A stretch of 61,506 nucleotides of DNA. Source: Bacilli bacterium. GTDB taxonomy: Bacteria; Bacillota_I; Bacilli_A; RF39; UBA660. Of this stretch, positions 16,764-25,548 are shown piece after piece. The notes beneath the pieces were generated by a model that was not told where the DNA came from, did not search any database, and worked only from the letters and a program-made list of their open reading frames with translations. The position numbers and the translations under genes were made by a program. Within the stretch, counting starts at the first letter, position 1. The number at the start of each line of letters is the position of its first letter. The stretch spans positions 1 through 61,506 of the forward strand of contig JAZTXB010000029.1 of NCBI GenBank assembly GCA_045636225.1. Direction: 5' to 3'.

Positions 16764-17780
16764 TTAAATACTAACATCTATTCCTATGTTTTCTTTTTTA
16801 GCTTTTTCTATTAATTCCATAGATGTTGCTAAATCTTGTAAAAATAATCCGGTAGAATCAAATACAGTTATATCAGTATCTGACTTTCTACCTTTTTTCT
16901 TATTTAATATAACTTCCCCAATCTCACCATCTATTGAAGATATGATATTATTTTTGAAAGCAGTTTGCATTTCACCAGATTTAATGCATTGTTTTTCATC
17001 ATCTGCATATACTATCGCTCTTGAGAAAATCAAATCATCAATTTCTTGCTTTCCTTGCATACAAGCACCCATACAACTAAAGTGTGTTCCATCTTTAACC
17101 CATTCATTTTTTATCATTGCTTTTTCTGATGGTGTTGTAGTAATAATAATATCACTATTTCTTGTAGCCAATTCAATGTCTGTAATTCCCTCAAATTCTG
17201 CTTTTAATGAATAACCGGACTCTGCTAATAACTTAACAACTTTTTGATTTATTTCTTCTACTCTTTTTTCTAATGCAGTTGGATTATTGGGATTACATAT
17301 ATAAACTTTTTCTATATTAGGCATTGTAATCAATGTAGCCACTATTGAATATAATGCGATATTCCCACACCCTACAATTAGTAAATTCTTTGAATTTTCT
17401 CTAGCAAGGTATTTAGCACCAATTGCAGCTGCAGCTCCTGTTCTATATGAAGTTATTGGTGCAGCATTTAATAACGCAACAGGTTCTCCAGTAAGTGAAC
17501 TAAATACAAGTGATGTAGCATTTACTTTCGGTAAGTTTTTATTTACATTATTCTCATTATAAGAAATTAATTTTAATCCATAAGCATTACTATCAATTAA
17601 GTTACCTGATCTAATATCTAAATCAAAAACATTATGTTCATATTCATAGAAAACTAAAGGCCACACAGTAGCTTTATCGTTGTTTTTTTGTGAATAAGCA
17701 TTTTCAACTGCCTTTATGCTCATATACATTGTTATGATTTTTTTAATATCTTCTTCATTTAATATTTTTATTTGTGTCAT
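16764..17780 (-). CDS. ornithine cyclodeaminase/mu-crystallin family enzyme
   Basis: Size, Rossmann motif LLIVGCGNIA, family-typical SYRTGAAAAIG block. Confidence 0.85.
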   Translation of the reverse strand: MTQIKILNEEDIKKIITMYMSIKAVENAYSQKNNDKATVWPLVFYEYEHNVFDLDIRSGNLIDSNAYGLKLISYNENNVNKNLPKVNATSLVFSSLTGEPVALLNAAPITSYRTGAAAAIGAKYLARENSKNLLIVGCGNIALYSIVATLITMPNIEKVYICNPNNPTALEKRVEEINQKVVKLLAESGYSLKAEFEGITDIELATRNSDIIITTTPSEKAMIKNEWVKDGTHFSCMGACMQGKQEIDDLIFSRAIVYADDEKQCIKSGEMQTAFKNNIISSIDGEIGEVILNKKKGRKSDTDITVFDSTGLFLQDLATSMELIEKAKKENIGIDVSI

Positions 17781-17791
17781 TTTGCACTCCT

Positions 17792-18700
17792 TTATTCAAC
17801 TTGATTAGCAAATTTATAAATAGGTATTCCACCATTATCTAACCAGTCAACTTCAAATTCATCAAACTCTTTACATCTAAATTCATTTAGTTTTTCGTAA
17901 TCTTCCTTTTCCATTTTAAATTCTAAAGCTTCTAAATTTGATTTAACGTGTTCTAATTTATTTGCTTTAGTAATAGGAATTAATTTTTTCTCATTTATAT
18001 AATAATTTAATAAAATTTGATTTTGCGTTTTACCATATTTATTTGCTAATTCTACTAAAACTGGATAATTATGATTTGCAGTTCTATTTCTTCTAAAAGG
18101 TTGATAATTAACAAATAATATATCGTGAGAATGACAATAATCTATAATCCCCACATCTTCATTTTGTTTACATTCTAAATTATATAGTCCCTCAAAACTA
18201 AATAATTGAATATTTAATTCTTCAGTTATCATTTTCAATTCATCAATATTTAAGTTACTAGCACTAATATATCTGCTTTTACCTACACTCACTAATCTTT
18301 TTAGTTCATTATAACTTTCTGATAGTGGTATTTTACTCGCTCTAGGTGTATGTAATAAAATACTATCAGCATATTCTATACCTAATACATTTAAATATTT
18401 ATCTAATTGCTTTTCTATATCTGCGACTTCTTCAATATAATTTTCAATTTTCACAGTTATAAATAATTTATTTCTATCTACTCTTTTTAAAAATTCAGAA
18501 ATAAATCGCATAGTTTGTCCACCTGCATAAATATAACTTGTATCAATGTAATTCTGTCCCATATTATAAGAATACATCAAAGCATTCATTTCTTCTTCGT
18601 CTATAATTAATTCATCATTATTATCTGTCCAAGACTCACTTCTACTAGCACCTAATCCATAAGAACCAATAGCAAGTGGAAATATATTTTCTTTATTCAT
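17792..18700 (-). CDS. aldo/keto reductase
   Basis: YIDTSYIYAGGQ, LLHTP and SASNL blocks typical of the AKR fold. Confidence 0.85.
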   Translation of the reverse strand: MNKENIFPLAIGSYGLGASRSESWTDNNDELIIDEEEMNALMYSYNMGQNYIDTSYIYAGGQTMRFISEFLKRVDRNKLFITVKIENYIEEVADIEKQLDKYLNVLGIEYADSILLHTPRASKIPLSESYNELKRLVSVGKSRYISASNLNIDELKMITEELNIQLFSFEGLYNLECKQNEDVGIIDYCHSHDILFVNYQPFRRNRTANHNYPVLVELANKYGKTQNQILLNYYINEKKLIPITKANKLEHVKSNLEALEFKMEKEDYEKLNEFRCKEFDEFEVDWLDNGGIPIYKFANQVE

Positions 18701-18710
18701 TTTTTACCTC

Positions 18711-19373
18711 CTACTTGTTTTCAAAATAATATATTTTACCAAATTCATATATATTGGAATTTTCTATTATTAAAACACTTTCATCAGGTATTGCATATAT
18801 TTTTGTTTTATACTGACTACAAAAAGTTTTAATTTCCTTATTTCTGTCTTCATCAGTTTCTTTGTTATAATGAGGTTCAATACAAATATTTTCTCTATTT
18901 ATACCCAAATAACTACTTGGAATTTCAAAATCATCATCCGAAGTTATTATAGAATATTTAGATAAATTTATAGCACCTGCACAAAAACCAATAACTAAAT
19001 CTTGGTGTTCTCTAATTAATTCATTTAAGTCTAATTTATCAATAATTTCTTTTTGAGTAATTGGATTGCCACCCATTAAAAAGATTATGTATTTATCATT
19101 TTCTTTTAAGAATTTATTTACATCTTCTTTAGTTGTCTTTTCTTCTATATCAATAATATTTTTAAATATTATATCAATTTTCTTAAAACACTTAATTACA
19201 TTTAAAAGATAATTTTCTTCTCCTCCTAATCCTGGAGCTCCAATAAATAATAAACTATATGAATTATCAATATTTTTAACTAAATAATCTTCCATATATT
19301 CGTTAAAAGCAACATTATCTTCATTAGAACAAATATCGCCTTTTATATTTGAGAAAAATAAAGTTTTCTTCAT
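18711..19373 (-). CDS. peptidase S51 / type-1 glutamine-amidotransferase-like protein with Cys at the nucleophile position
   Basis: IFLMGGNP and VIGFCAGAI (S51 consensus is G-x-S-A-G). Confidence 0.55.
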   Translation of the reverse strand: MKKTLFFSNIKGDICSNEDNVAFNEYMEDYLVKNIDNSYSLLFIGAPGLGGEENYLLNVIKCFKKIDIIFKNIIDIEEKTTKEDVNKFLKENDKYIIFLMGGNPITQKEIIDKLDLNELIREHQDLVIGFCAGAINLSKYSIITSDDDFEIPSSYLGINRENICIEPHYNKETDEDRNKEIKTFCSQYKTKIYAIPDESVLIIENSNIYEFGKIYYFENK

Positions 19374-19376
19374 TGG

Positions 19377-20048
19377 CTATTTTCCTCCTTGTTCTTTTTT
19401 TAATTTTTTCCAATTATAAACACCATAACAGTCATTTATAAATAATAAGCACGGTGATATTAATACCGGAATAACGCTTAAATTACCTTGAATAACCGGT
19501 ACAACCCATAATGTCATAAGTATTAAATCATTCAATATAAAAAAGACAAATCCATTTTCACTTCTTCTAGCTGTACAATAAGTTGCTAAAACACTTGACA
19601 CTAAACTTAAAGAGCTTACTATTAAATTATTTGTATTAAATGCTTTTAATAAGAAATAATATCCAAACACTAATATACATTGTGAAAGAATTAAAATAGT
19701 TAATTCTTTTTTACTCATATCTTTAATTTTTACAGTATCTTTATTATATAAATTTTTAAGCCAATTAATAAAACCGTATATACATAATGGCAACGTCATT
19801 CCAAACGTTATTATTATTTCCCCATAATATCCATTTTTATATGAAATATACGCATAAAAGAATGTAGCAATAAATGTAATAATATAGTTTATTACTTTCC
19901 CCTTAGCAAGTAATATTGCCCCAGTAAAATATAACAATGTATATGTAAAATCTATCCAGGTTCCTTTAAATAAATATGTTGCAATACAGTTTGCTAAAAT
20001 TCCTAGAAATAGGAACCACTTTTCAAATCTTGTCCAGTCCTTAAACAT
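19377..20048 (-). CDS. pnuC: nicotinamide riboside transporter PnuC family
   Basis: ~220-aa polytopic membrane protein with a PnuC-like N-terminus (FKDWTRFEKWFL...) and WxxNxxxG-type blocks. Confidence 0.75.
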   Translation of the reverse strand: MFKDWTRFEKWFLFLGILANCIATYLFKGTWIDFTYTLLYFTGAILLAKGKVINYIITFIATFFYAYISYKNGYYGEIIITFGMTLPLCIYGFINWLKNLYNKDTVKIKDMSKKELTILILSQCILVFGYYFLLKAFNTNNLIVSSLSLVSSVLATYCTARRSENGFVFFILNDLILMTLWVVPVIQGNLSVIPVLISPCLLFINDCYGVYNWKKLKKEQGGK

Positions 20049-20074
20049 TTTTACTTCCTTTCATAAAATTCATT

Positions 20075-20479
20075 TTAAAATCTTTCAGTTATTAAAACTT
20101 CACCATCTTCATTATATATAGTTGATTCTGCATTAGCCATATATAACACTTGGAAGTCGGGATTATCTAATGTATAACCTGCTTCAATAGCCCAATCAAA
20201 CTCATTTATAACAGCTTGTTTTGCCTCCATATTATTACTATCATCTATTAATTCACAATTAATTCTTATCCAATTTGTATTATCATAAGCAACTATGCAC
20301 ACATTATTATTTTCTGCAATTTGCTTTGATACATTTTTTTGTTTATTTGTAATAACATATATTTTGTTGTCAAATAATATTGGATCACCAAATGGTCTAG
20401 AACTTGGTTTTCCATTATTAATAGTTGATACAAAGTTTACTTGTGTTTTTTCTTTTAAAAATTTATAAGTTTCGTTCAT
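20075..20479 (-). CDS. pyridoxamine-5'-phosphate-oxidase-like FMN-binding split-barrel protein
   Basis: FVSTINNGKPSSRPFGDPILFDNKIYVITNKQKNVSKQI pattern. Confidence 0.6.
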   Translation of the reverse strand: MNETYKFLKEKTQVNFVSTINNGKPSSRPFGDPILFDNKIYVITNKQKNVSKQIAENNNVCIVAYDNTNWIRINCELIDDSNNMEAKQAVINEFDWAIEAGYTLDNPDFQVLYMANAESTIYNEDGEVLITERF

Positions 20480-20501
20480 TTTAAATCCTCCTAAATTACA
20501 T

Positions 20502-21788
20502 TTATATTAACTTATTTAATAATTCATTTAACTCCGGTATTTTGTGTATGTTGTGGTATCCATCAAAATGATTATAATACTTTAAATACATACCAATAGA
20601 ATTAGTATCTTCTATAAATCTTGTGAACTTTTCTTTATTGTTATCATCTTCATCAGAATAAAGACAATATTTATCACATTCCATGTTTTTCACAAAATCT
20701 AATGCTTCTTTTTTTACACAAGCTTGTTTTTTTACTTCTACTATATAATCAGTTCTGTTAGTTGGATAATCATAGACTGCTCCTGGAGCTACTGCAACAT
20801 ATCCTTTTGGTTCAAATTTCTTTTCTTCGCAGTATCTAACAAAATATGCATTTCCAATAGAATGAGCAATTACAATACTATTGTTATTTAAAGTACCATT
20901 GTCATAATAAAAATCTAATATTTCTCTAAACTTTTCATATTTAGATTCTGCTCTAATTGGAAATTCCGGCATTATTACATCTATTTCTTTTTGTCCAAAT
21001 ACTTCTTTTACATCTACTCCCCACATTCTTAATGTGTCGCCATTTAATGAGTGTAAAATAAATATATTTGATAAATTTTGTTTCTTTGCTGTTTCCATTT
21101 CCAAAATATTTAGGAATTCATCATTCATAGCAGCTGCATGAAACCCATTAATACTCTTTATACTTGCTCCTGCCATTTTACAAATAAATAATCCAGGTTC
21201 ATAATCCCAAGCCTTATCACTTCTAAATACTGCTCCATGAATTCTACCACTTGCAACGAATGCCATTGATACACATACTCCTCCAAAATTTCTTCTATTA
21301 GATGAGTATTTTCTCATTCTTTGCATACAAGGTAAATTATTATTTCCATCAATAGCATATAAAGCATTCTTTATTGGAACTTCGTTAACATTTATCTTTT
21401 TATCATTTAAGTATGCACCTGTTTCATCTGCATAATAAAATTCATTTATTCTTGGTAAACTTATAACACTCGCTACTGTTTTTCCATCTTTAACACAAGC
21501 AACTTGAATTCCCCATAATGGTAAGTTGTTCGCAAAATTAATTGTTCCATCAATAGGATCAATTATAAAACAATTATCTGACATTTTATTATTAGTGTTG
21601 TATTCTTCACTAACAATATCAAAAGTTGGATATTCTTTTTTGATTTCATTAATCAAATAATTTTCTATTTCTAAATCTAAATTAGTTATTAAATCGTTTT
21701 CTGCACCTTTACTTTTTACTTCAAAAGCATTTTCAGAAATCTTATTAGCATTTAATACTATTCTTTTTAAAAACTCTATTTCTTTCAT
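20502..21788 (-). CDS. fusion protein: inositol-monophosphatase-family domain + YdeN/RBBP9-like alpha/beta hydrolase domain
   Basis: IMPase motifs IIDPIDGTINF and WDYEPG in the N-half; IAHSIGNAY nucleophile elbow in the C-half; SD favours the ATG at 21788. Confidence 0.7.
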   Translation of the reverse strand: MKEIEFLKRIVLNANKISENAFEVKSKGAENDLITNLDLEIENYLINEIKKEYPTFDIVSEEYNTNNKMSDNCFIIDPIDGTINFANNLPLWGIQVACVKDGKTVASVISLPRINEFYYADETGAYLNDKKINVNEVPIKNALYAIDGNNNLPCMQRMRKYSSNRRNFGGVCVSMAFVASGRIHGAVFRSDKAWDYEPGLFICKMAGASIKSINGFHAAAMNDEFLNILEMETAKKQNLSNIFILHSLNGDTLRMWGVDVKEVFGQKEIDVIMPEFPIRAESKYEKFREILDFYYDNGTLNNNSIVIAHSIGNAYFVRYCEEKKFEPKGYVAVAPGAVYDYPTNRTDYIVEVKKQACVKKEALDFVKNMECDKYCLYSDEDDNNKEKFTRFIEDTNSIGMYLKYYNHFDGYHNIHKIPELNELLNKLI

Positions 21789-21804
21789 AATTATTCCTCT
21801 CAAT

Positions 21805-22224
21805 TTATTTTGCCATATCTTCTTTTATCTTCATTAAAACATCATAATCAACATCTATTTTATTTAATTTTGTTCCTTTAGGATAATCTTCATCTATCCA
21901 TTTTTTATCATACATTTCTATTTCGTTTGCATATCTTGGAATCGCATGAAAATGAACAAACTCGTCTTTCATCATCATAGCACAATAATTCCATTTAATT
22001 GCTCCGTATAATTCCTTTGTTTTTTCTTCGAACCATTTACACACTTCTGAAAATTCTGCCATTTCTTCACTTGAAACATCTTTTAAAAATGGTTTTCCAC
22101 TTTTCAAAATTATTATGCAACTTCCTAAAGTAACAACATTTTCTCTTAAAATTATTACCCAATGTTTAAATTCTTTTAATAATAGTTCTGGTTTATTAAA
22201 TCTTCCTGCAAATTCTAAATTCAT
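21805..22224 (-). CDS. HIT-family nucleotide hydrolase/transferase
   Basis: Histidine-triad-like VHFHAIPRY. Confidence 0.6.
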   Translation of the reverse strand: MNLEFAGRFNKPELLLKEFKHWVIILRENVVTLGSCIIILKSGKPFLKDVSSEEMAEFSEVCKWFEEKTKELYGAIKWNYCAMMMKDEFVHFHAIPRYANEIEMYDKKWIDEDYPKGTKLNKIDVDYDVLMKIKEDMAK

Positions 22225-22247
22225 ATAGAATTCCTCCTATTCATAAT

Positions 22248-22982
22248 TTATTTTTTTCTTACAAGACAAGTCCATGTAATTTTCTTATTAGCTTCCTTTT
22301 TATCTACTTGTAATTGAACTGTTTTTATTCTTTCATCTTGTATTTCGCCTTCTTGCATAAAAATAAATTCCCATTTATCTTCATCAAAAAATCTTTTCAA
22401 TGTATTCTCGTCAAAAAATCTTTTTGTTGTTCCTCTAACTTCATAATAATTAGTTTCAAGCATTATTCCTTGCCCTGCACCAAAATTACTATCATTTGTA
22501 GAGTTTACTACAAAGGCAAATGTTCCATTTTGTTTAATTATTCTATATAATTCACTTATTAATTGCTTTGTCTCTTTTTCTGAAAAATAATGTATTGATT
22601 TGTTTGCTAAAACAAATTCAAACATTCCATCCCCAAATGGCAATTTTTCTTTCATATTAAACTGCAAAGTCTTAGCTTCAGGAATATTTTCTTTTATTTT
22701 AATTAAAGCTGTATTAGAAAAGTCACAAGCTATTACTTTATGTCCCAACTCCACCAAATGTAGAGTATCGATTCCAACTCCACATCCTAAGTCTAATATA
22801 GGGGTTTTAGTTTCACTTATAATAGTTGATAATCGTTCATCGCATTCTAACCAACCATCATATTGATTTCTAATATCTTCTCTATTTCCTGCTCTTAAAT
22901 GAATTGTATCCCATCTTTTTTCTTTTTCTTCTTCACTTATAGATAATCTTTCTTTATCATCACTAAATCTATCATCATTCAT
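22248..22982 (-). CDS. class I SAM-dependent methyltransferase
   Basis: Motif I ILDLGCGVGID, acidic motif II ACDFS. Confidence 0.8.
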   Translation of the reverse strand: MNDDRFSDDKERLSISEEEKEKRWDTIHLRAGNREDIRNQYDGWLECDERLSTIISETKTPILDLGCGVGIDTLHLVELGHKVIACDFSNTALIKIKENIPEAKTLQFNMKEKLPFGDGMFEFVLANKSIHYFSEKETKQLISELYRIIKQNGTFAFVVNSTNDSNFGAGQGIMLETNYYEVRGTTKRFFDENTLKRFFDEDKWEFIFMQEGEIQDERIKTVQLQVDKKEANKKITWTCLVRKK

Positions 22983-23004
22983 ATTAATAAATCCTCTTTA
23001 ATTT

Positions 23005-23535
23005 TTAATCTTCTAATTTAGCAGGTACTGGTTCTAATGTATTATCTGCAATAAGTTTTATTGCTTCATCTATTTCTTCTGTTATCCAATCAGTAAAACT
23101 GTTCCATATATCATCAAATTCGCCAGTTTCTACATTTAATAAATATACTTTTTTATCATTTTCTTCAGTATTAATACAAATTATATCGCCATAACTTCTA
23201 AATCCAATTATGCAATACTTATCGTCTAAATCATAACTTCTTTTATCTTTGTTATAATCTTCATAGCTATCAAATTCTAAATCTTTTTCTTTATCTATTG
23301 CTTGTTTTGATAACATAACAGTGTCAAATAATAACCCACCATCACAATATTTTAGCCATTTTTCAAATTCTTCGTTTTTTATATTATATTGTGTAGTAAT
23401 CTCTTTTTTTGTATTATCGTTTCCTACTAATAAATAATGATATTCTTCAAATTCTTGCAAATTATCAATACAATCTAACATCATTTGATTGTTCTTAAAT
23501 TCTTCTCTCATTTTTTCATAATCTAATTTCATCAT
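23005..23535 (-). CDS. SMI1/KNR4 (SUKH-1) family protein
   Basis: Size and pattern (FEKWLKYCDGGLLFD ... IIGFRSYGDIICI) typical of SUKH immunity-type proteins; GGAGGG SD favours the ATG at 23535. Confidence 0.55.
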   Translation of the reverse strand: MMKLDYEKMREEFKNNQMMLDCIDNLQEFEEYHYLLVGNDNTKKEITTQYNIKNEEFEKWLKYCDGGLLFDTVMLSKQAIDKEKDLEFDSYEDYNKDKRSYDLDDKYCIIGFRSYGDIICINTEENDKKVYLLNVETGEFDDIWNSFTDWITEEIDEAIKLIADNTLEPVPAKLED

Positions 23536-23549
23536 AAATATTCCCTCCA

Positions 23550-24104
23550 TTATAAATGACAAACTATATCTTCAAATGTATCAAAACCACTCTCAGCATT
23601 TATATGTCCTGCACCTTTTAAAACTATTTGTTCTGTTGCTATCGTATCAGCAAATTCTTTTTCTTTTTCATATTTAACATAAGGATCATTATCAGAATAA
23701 AAACAAATAATTTCACTAGCACATTCTTTAACATCACTTAAATTATCAAAATACATACTTTCATTAACATTGTCGTATTCTTCATTGATACCTAAATAAT
23801 TATTAAAACCACATACAAAAATAAGTTTTTTAACCTTAACCTTATTTTCTACCAAAAACTTTGATATAAATACTGGTGCAATACTATGTCCTATAATTGT
23901 TGTATTTTCGTTTATTAGTCCTAAATCCAAATAAACTTTTAATAATTTACTCCAATTATTATAGTTTTGATAACCTACACCTATGGGAAAATCTGGTACA
24001 TAAACTTGTTTATCATTAGATGATATAAAATCTTGCAACCAACTAAACCAATTTGAGTATGGATTACTAAATGAACCATGTATTATAAAATAGTTATCTT
24101 TCAT
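23550..24104 (-). CDS. YdeN/RBBP9-like alpha/beta serine hydrolase
   Basis: FIIHGSFSNPYSNWF and IGHSIAPVF nucleophile elbow; GGAGGG SD favours the ATG at 24104. Confidence 0.7.
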   Translation of the reverse strand: MKDNYFIIHGSFSNPYSNWFSWLQDFISSNDKQVYVPDFPIGVGYQNYNNWSKLLKVYLDLGLINENTTIIGHSIAPVFISKFLVENKVKVKKLIFVCGFNNYLGINEEYDNVNESMYFDNLSDVKECASEIICFYSDNDPYVKYEKEKEFADTIATEQIVLKGAGHINAESGFDTFEDIVCHL

Positions 24105-24114
24105 AAATTCCCTC

Positions 24115-24501
24115 CTATTTAATTTTTTGTTTTCTAACAAATTTATTCAACAATATATTCACATATAATTTATTTATAATAAATATAAAATATATTGTAT
24201 ATAGGACAACCGACATTGTACTAAAACTGTCATTTAATTTATCACCTTTATCAACTATCATAAATGCGAAAGAAAGCAAAAAATCTGTTAGTCCATAAGG
24301 TATAAATAATATTCCTATTACAACAGATATTATTAATAATATCCTCATAATTTTCACAATTCTAGTTTTATTTATTTCATCTTTTTGTTTTTTATATAAT
24401 TCTTTACAATTATATTTTTTTATTAAAATACAATTATAAATTTTAATAAGAATAAATAAAAATAATGTAATGTAAAACAATACTGCAAAAATAGTTGACA
24501 T
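24115..24501 (-). CDS. polytopic membrane protein, unknown
   Basis: Three to four hydrophobic helices; first gene of the tight array. Confidence 0.55.
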   Translation of the reverse strand: MSTIFAVLFYITLFLFILIKIYNCILIKKYNCKELYKKQKDEINKTRIVKIMRILLIISVVIGILFIPYGLTDFLLSFAFMIVDKGDKLNDSFSTMSVVLYTIYFIFIINKLYVNILLNKFVRKQKIK

Positions 24502-24692
24502 TATACACTCTCCTTTAAAAGATTTTTCCTATTTTGATAGTTCTAGTTTCTTAATAAATTAATCATATTTCCCAAGTATTATTATAACATATAAATTTAT
24601 AATTATCTTCATTCTGCTTAAAATTTACCATATTTTTTTATATTTTTTTATAAAAATATAATGGATTAATTAGGGAATAATAAAATTATCCC

Positions 24693-25310
24693 CTAATTTC
24701 CAAGTTTTTTTGTTCTTCTTTTAACTTCTTCTCTTTTGTAAGTAGATTCAAAAGCACCTTTTTCTAAAGTGTTATAATCGTTTTCTTCAGCATTATATGT
24801 AACTATATAACCACCTTTTAAGCAAACAGCTTTAGATCCCCAAGCAGTTTCAATAATAACATTCTCATCTACTTGAGATAGCAATCTCCATTCTGGTACT
24901 GGATAATATTCGTTTGGTGTTTCTGCTATATCATAAGTATTTAAAAATTTATCAAATCTTACAACATATTCTTCGTTGGAAGTACTTAAAATATTTGTAA
25001 CAACAACATCAGTCTTTTTAGCAACACCACCAGTTAATAATTCACAATCTCTTTCTTTTACTGTTGCTTCTTCTTCAGCAAGTATATACTCTTTTCCATC
25101 AATAGTAGTTTTTAAAACTGTTTTAATTAATTCTCCTTTTTGCCCTAATCTTACTCTTACTTTTGCATGTTTACTTGCATAAAATTTTCTTTCTTCTGGA
25201 ATTGTATCTAAATATGCACCTATTTCATTGTTTTGTATAACTCTACATTCAATTTCTAAGTCTGGATACAATTCTGGATTTGTACTTTTTAAAATAATTT
25301 TTTCTTTCAT
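24693..25310 (-). CDS. hypothetical protein (205 aa)
   Basis: Clean ORF behind a strong promoter and structured leader; no family recognised. Confidence 0.7.
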   Translation of the reverse strand: MKEKIILKSTNPELYPDLEIECRVIQNNEIGAYLDTIPEERKFYASKHAKVRVRLGQKGELIKTVLKTTIDGKEYILAEEEATVKERDCELLTGGVAKKTDVVVTNILSTSNEEYVVRFDKFLNTYDIAETPNEYYPVPEWRLLSQVDENVIIETAWGSKAVCLKGGYIVTYNAEENDYNTLEKGAFESTYKREEVKRRTKKLGN

Positions 25311-25374
25311 AATCTCACTCTCTTTCTATCTTTTGTCTTTTTTATTACTCCTTTCCTTTTAAAATTATTGAAAG

Positions 25375-25405
25375 AAAAAACTTCCACACAAAGTGCAGAA
25401 GTCTT
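25375..25405 (-). terminator. second leader terminator (T2)
   Basis: Minus strand ACTTCTGCAC-ttt-GTGTGGAAGT followed by TTTTTT. Confidence 0.55.
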
Positions 25406-25412
25406 AAAAGAC

Positions 25413-25449
25413 AAAAAAACAAGACTCATACACAATGTGTAAAAGTCTT
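25413..25449 (-). terminator. first leader terminator (T1)
   Basis: Minus strand AAGACTTTTACACA-ttg-TGTATGAGTCTT followed by G+TTTTTTT. Confidence 0.7.
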
Positions 25450-25545
25450 GTTCGATAGTTTTATTATCTTTTAACCCGGATATTAAATATCAAGATGACG
25501 AGTTAAAATCATTCACAGAATGAGAACTACTCCCTTTCAACGGGA
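25450..25545 (-). ncRNA. structured 5' leader (candidate riboswitch aptamer or sRNA body)
   Basis: Consecutive hairpins on the minus strand: CCC-gttgaaa-GGG; GAGT..TCATTC-tgt-GAATGA..ACTC; ATCTT[GATAT-tta-ATATC]cgggttaaAAGAT. Possible CCCG/CGGG tertiary pairing. Confidence 0.35.
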
Positions 25546-25548
25546 TAT

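Noticed and set aside
25450-25545. Assignment of the 25.4-25.5 kb leader to a known riboswitch class (purine, preQ1, c-di-GMP, TPP, ZTP, fluoride, T-box, NAD-type)
   Set aside because: I could not find any of the conserved core sequences I remember for these classes. It is left as an unclassified candidate.
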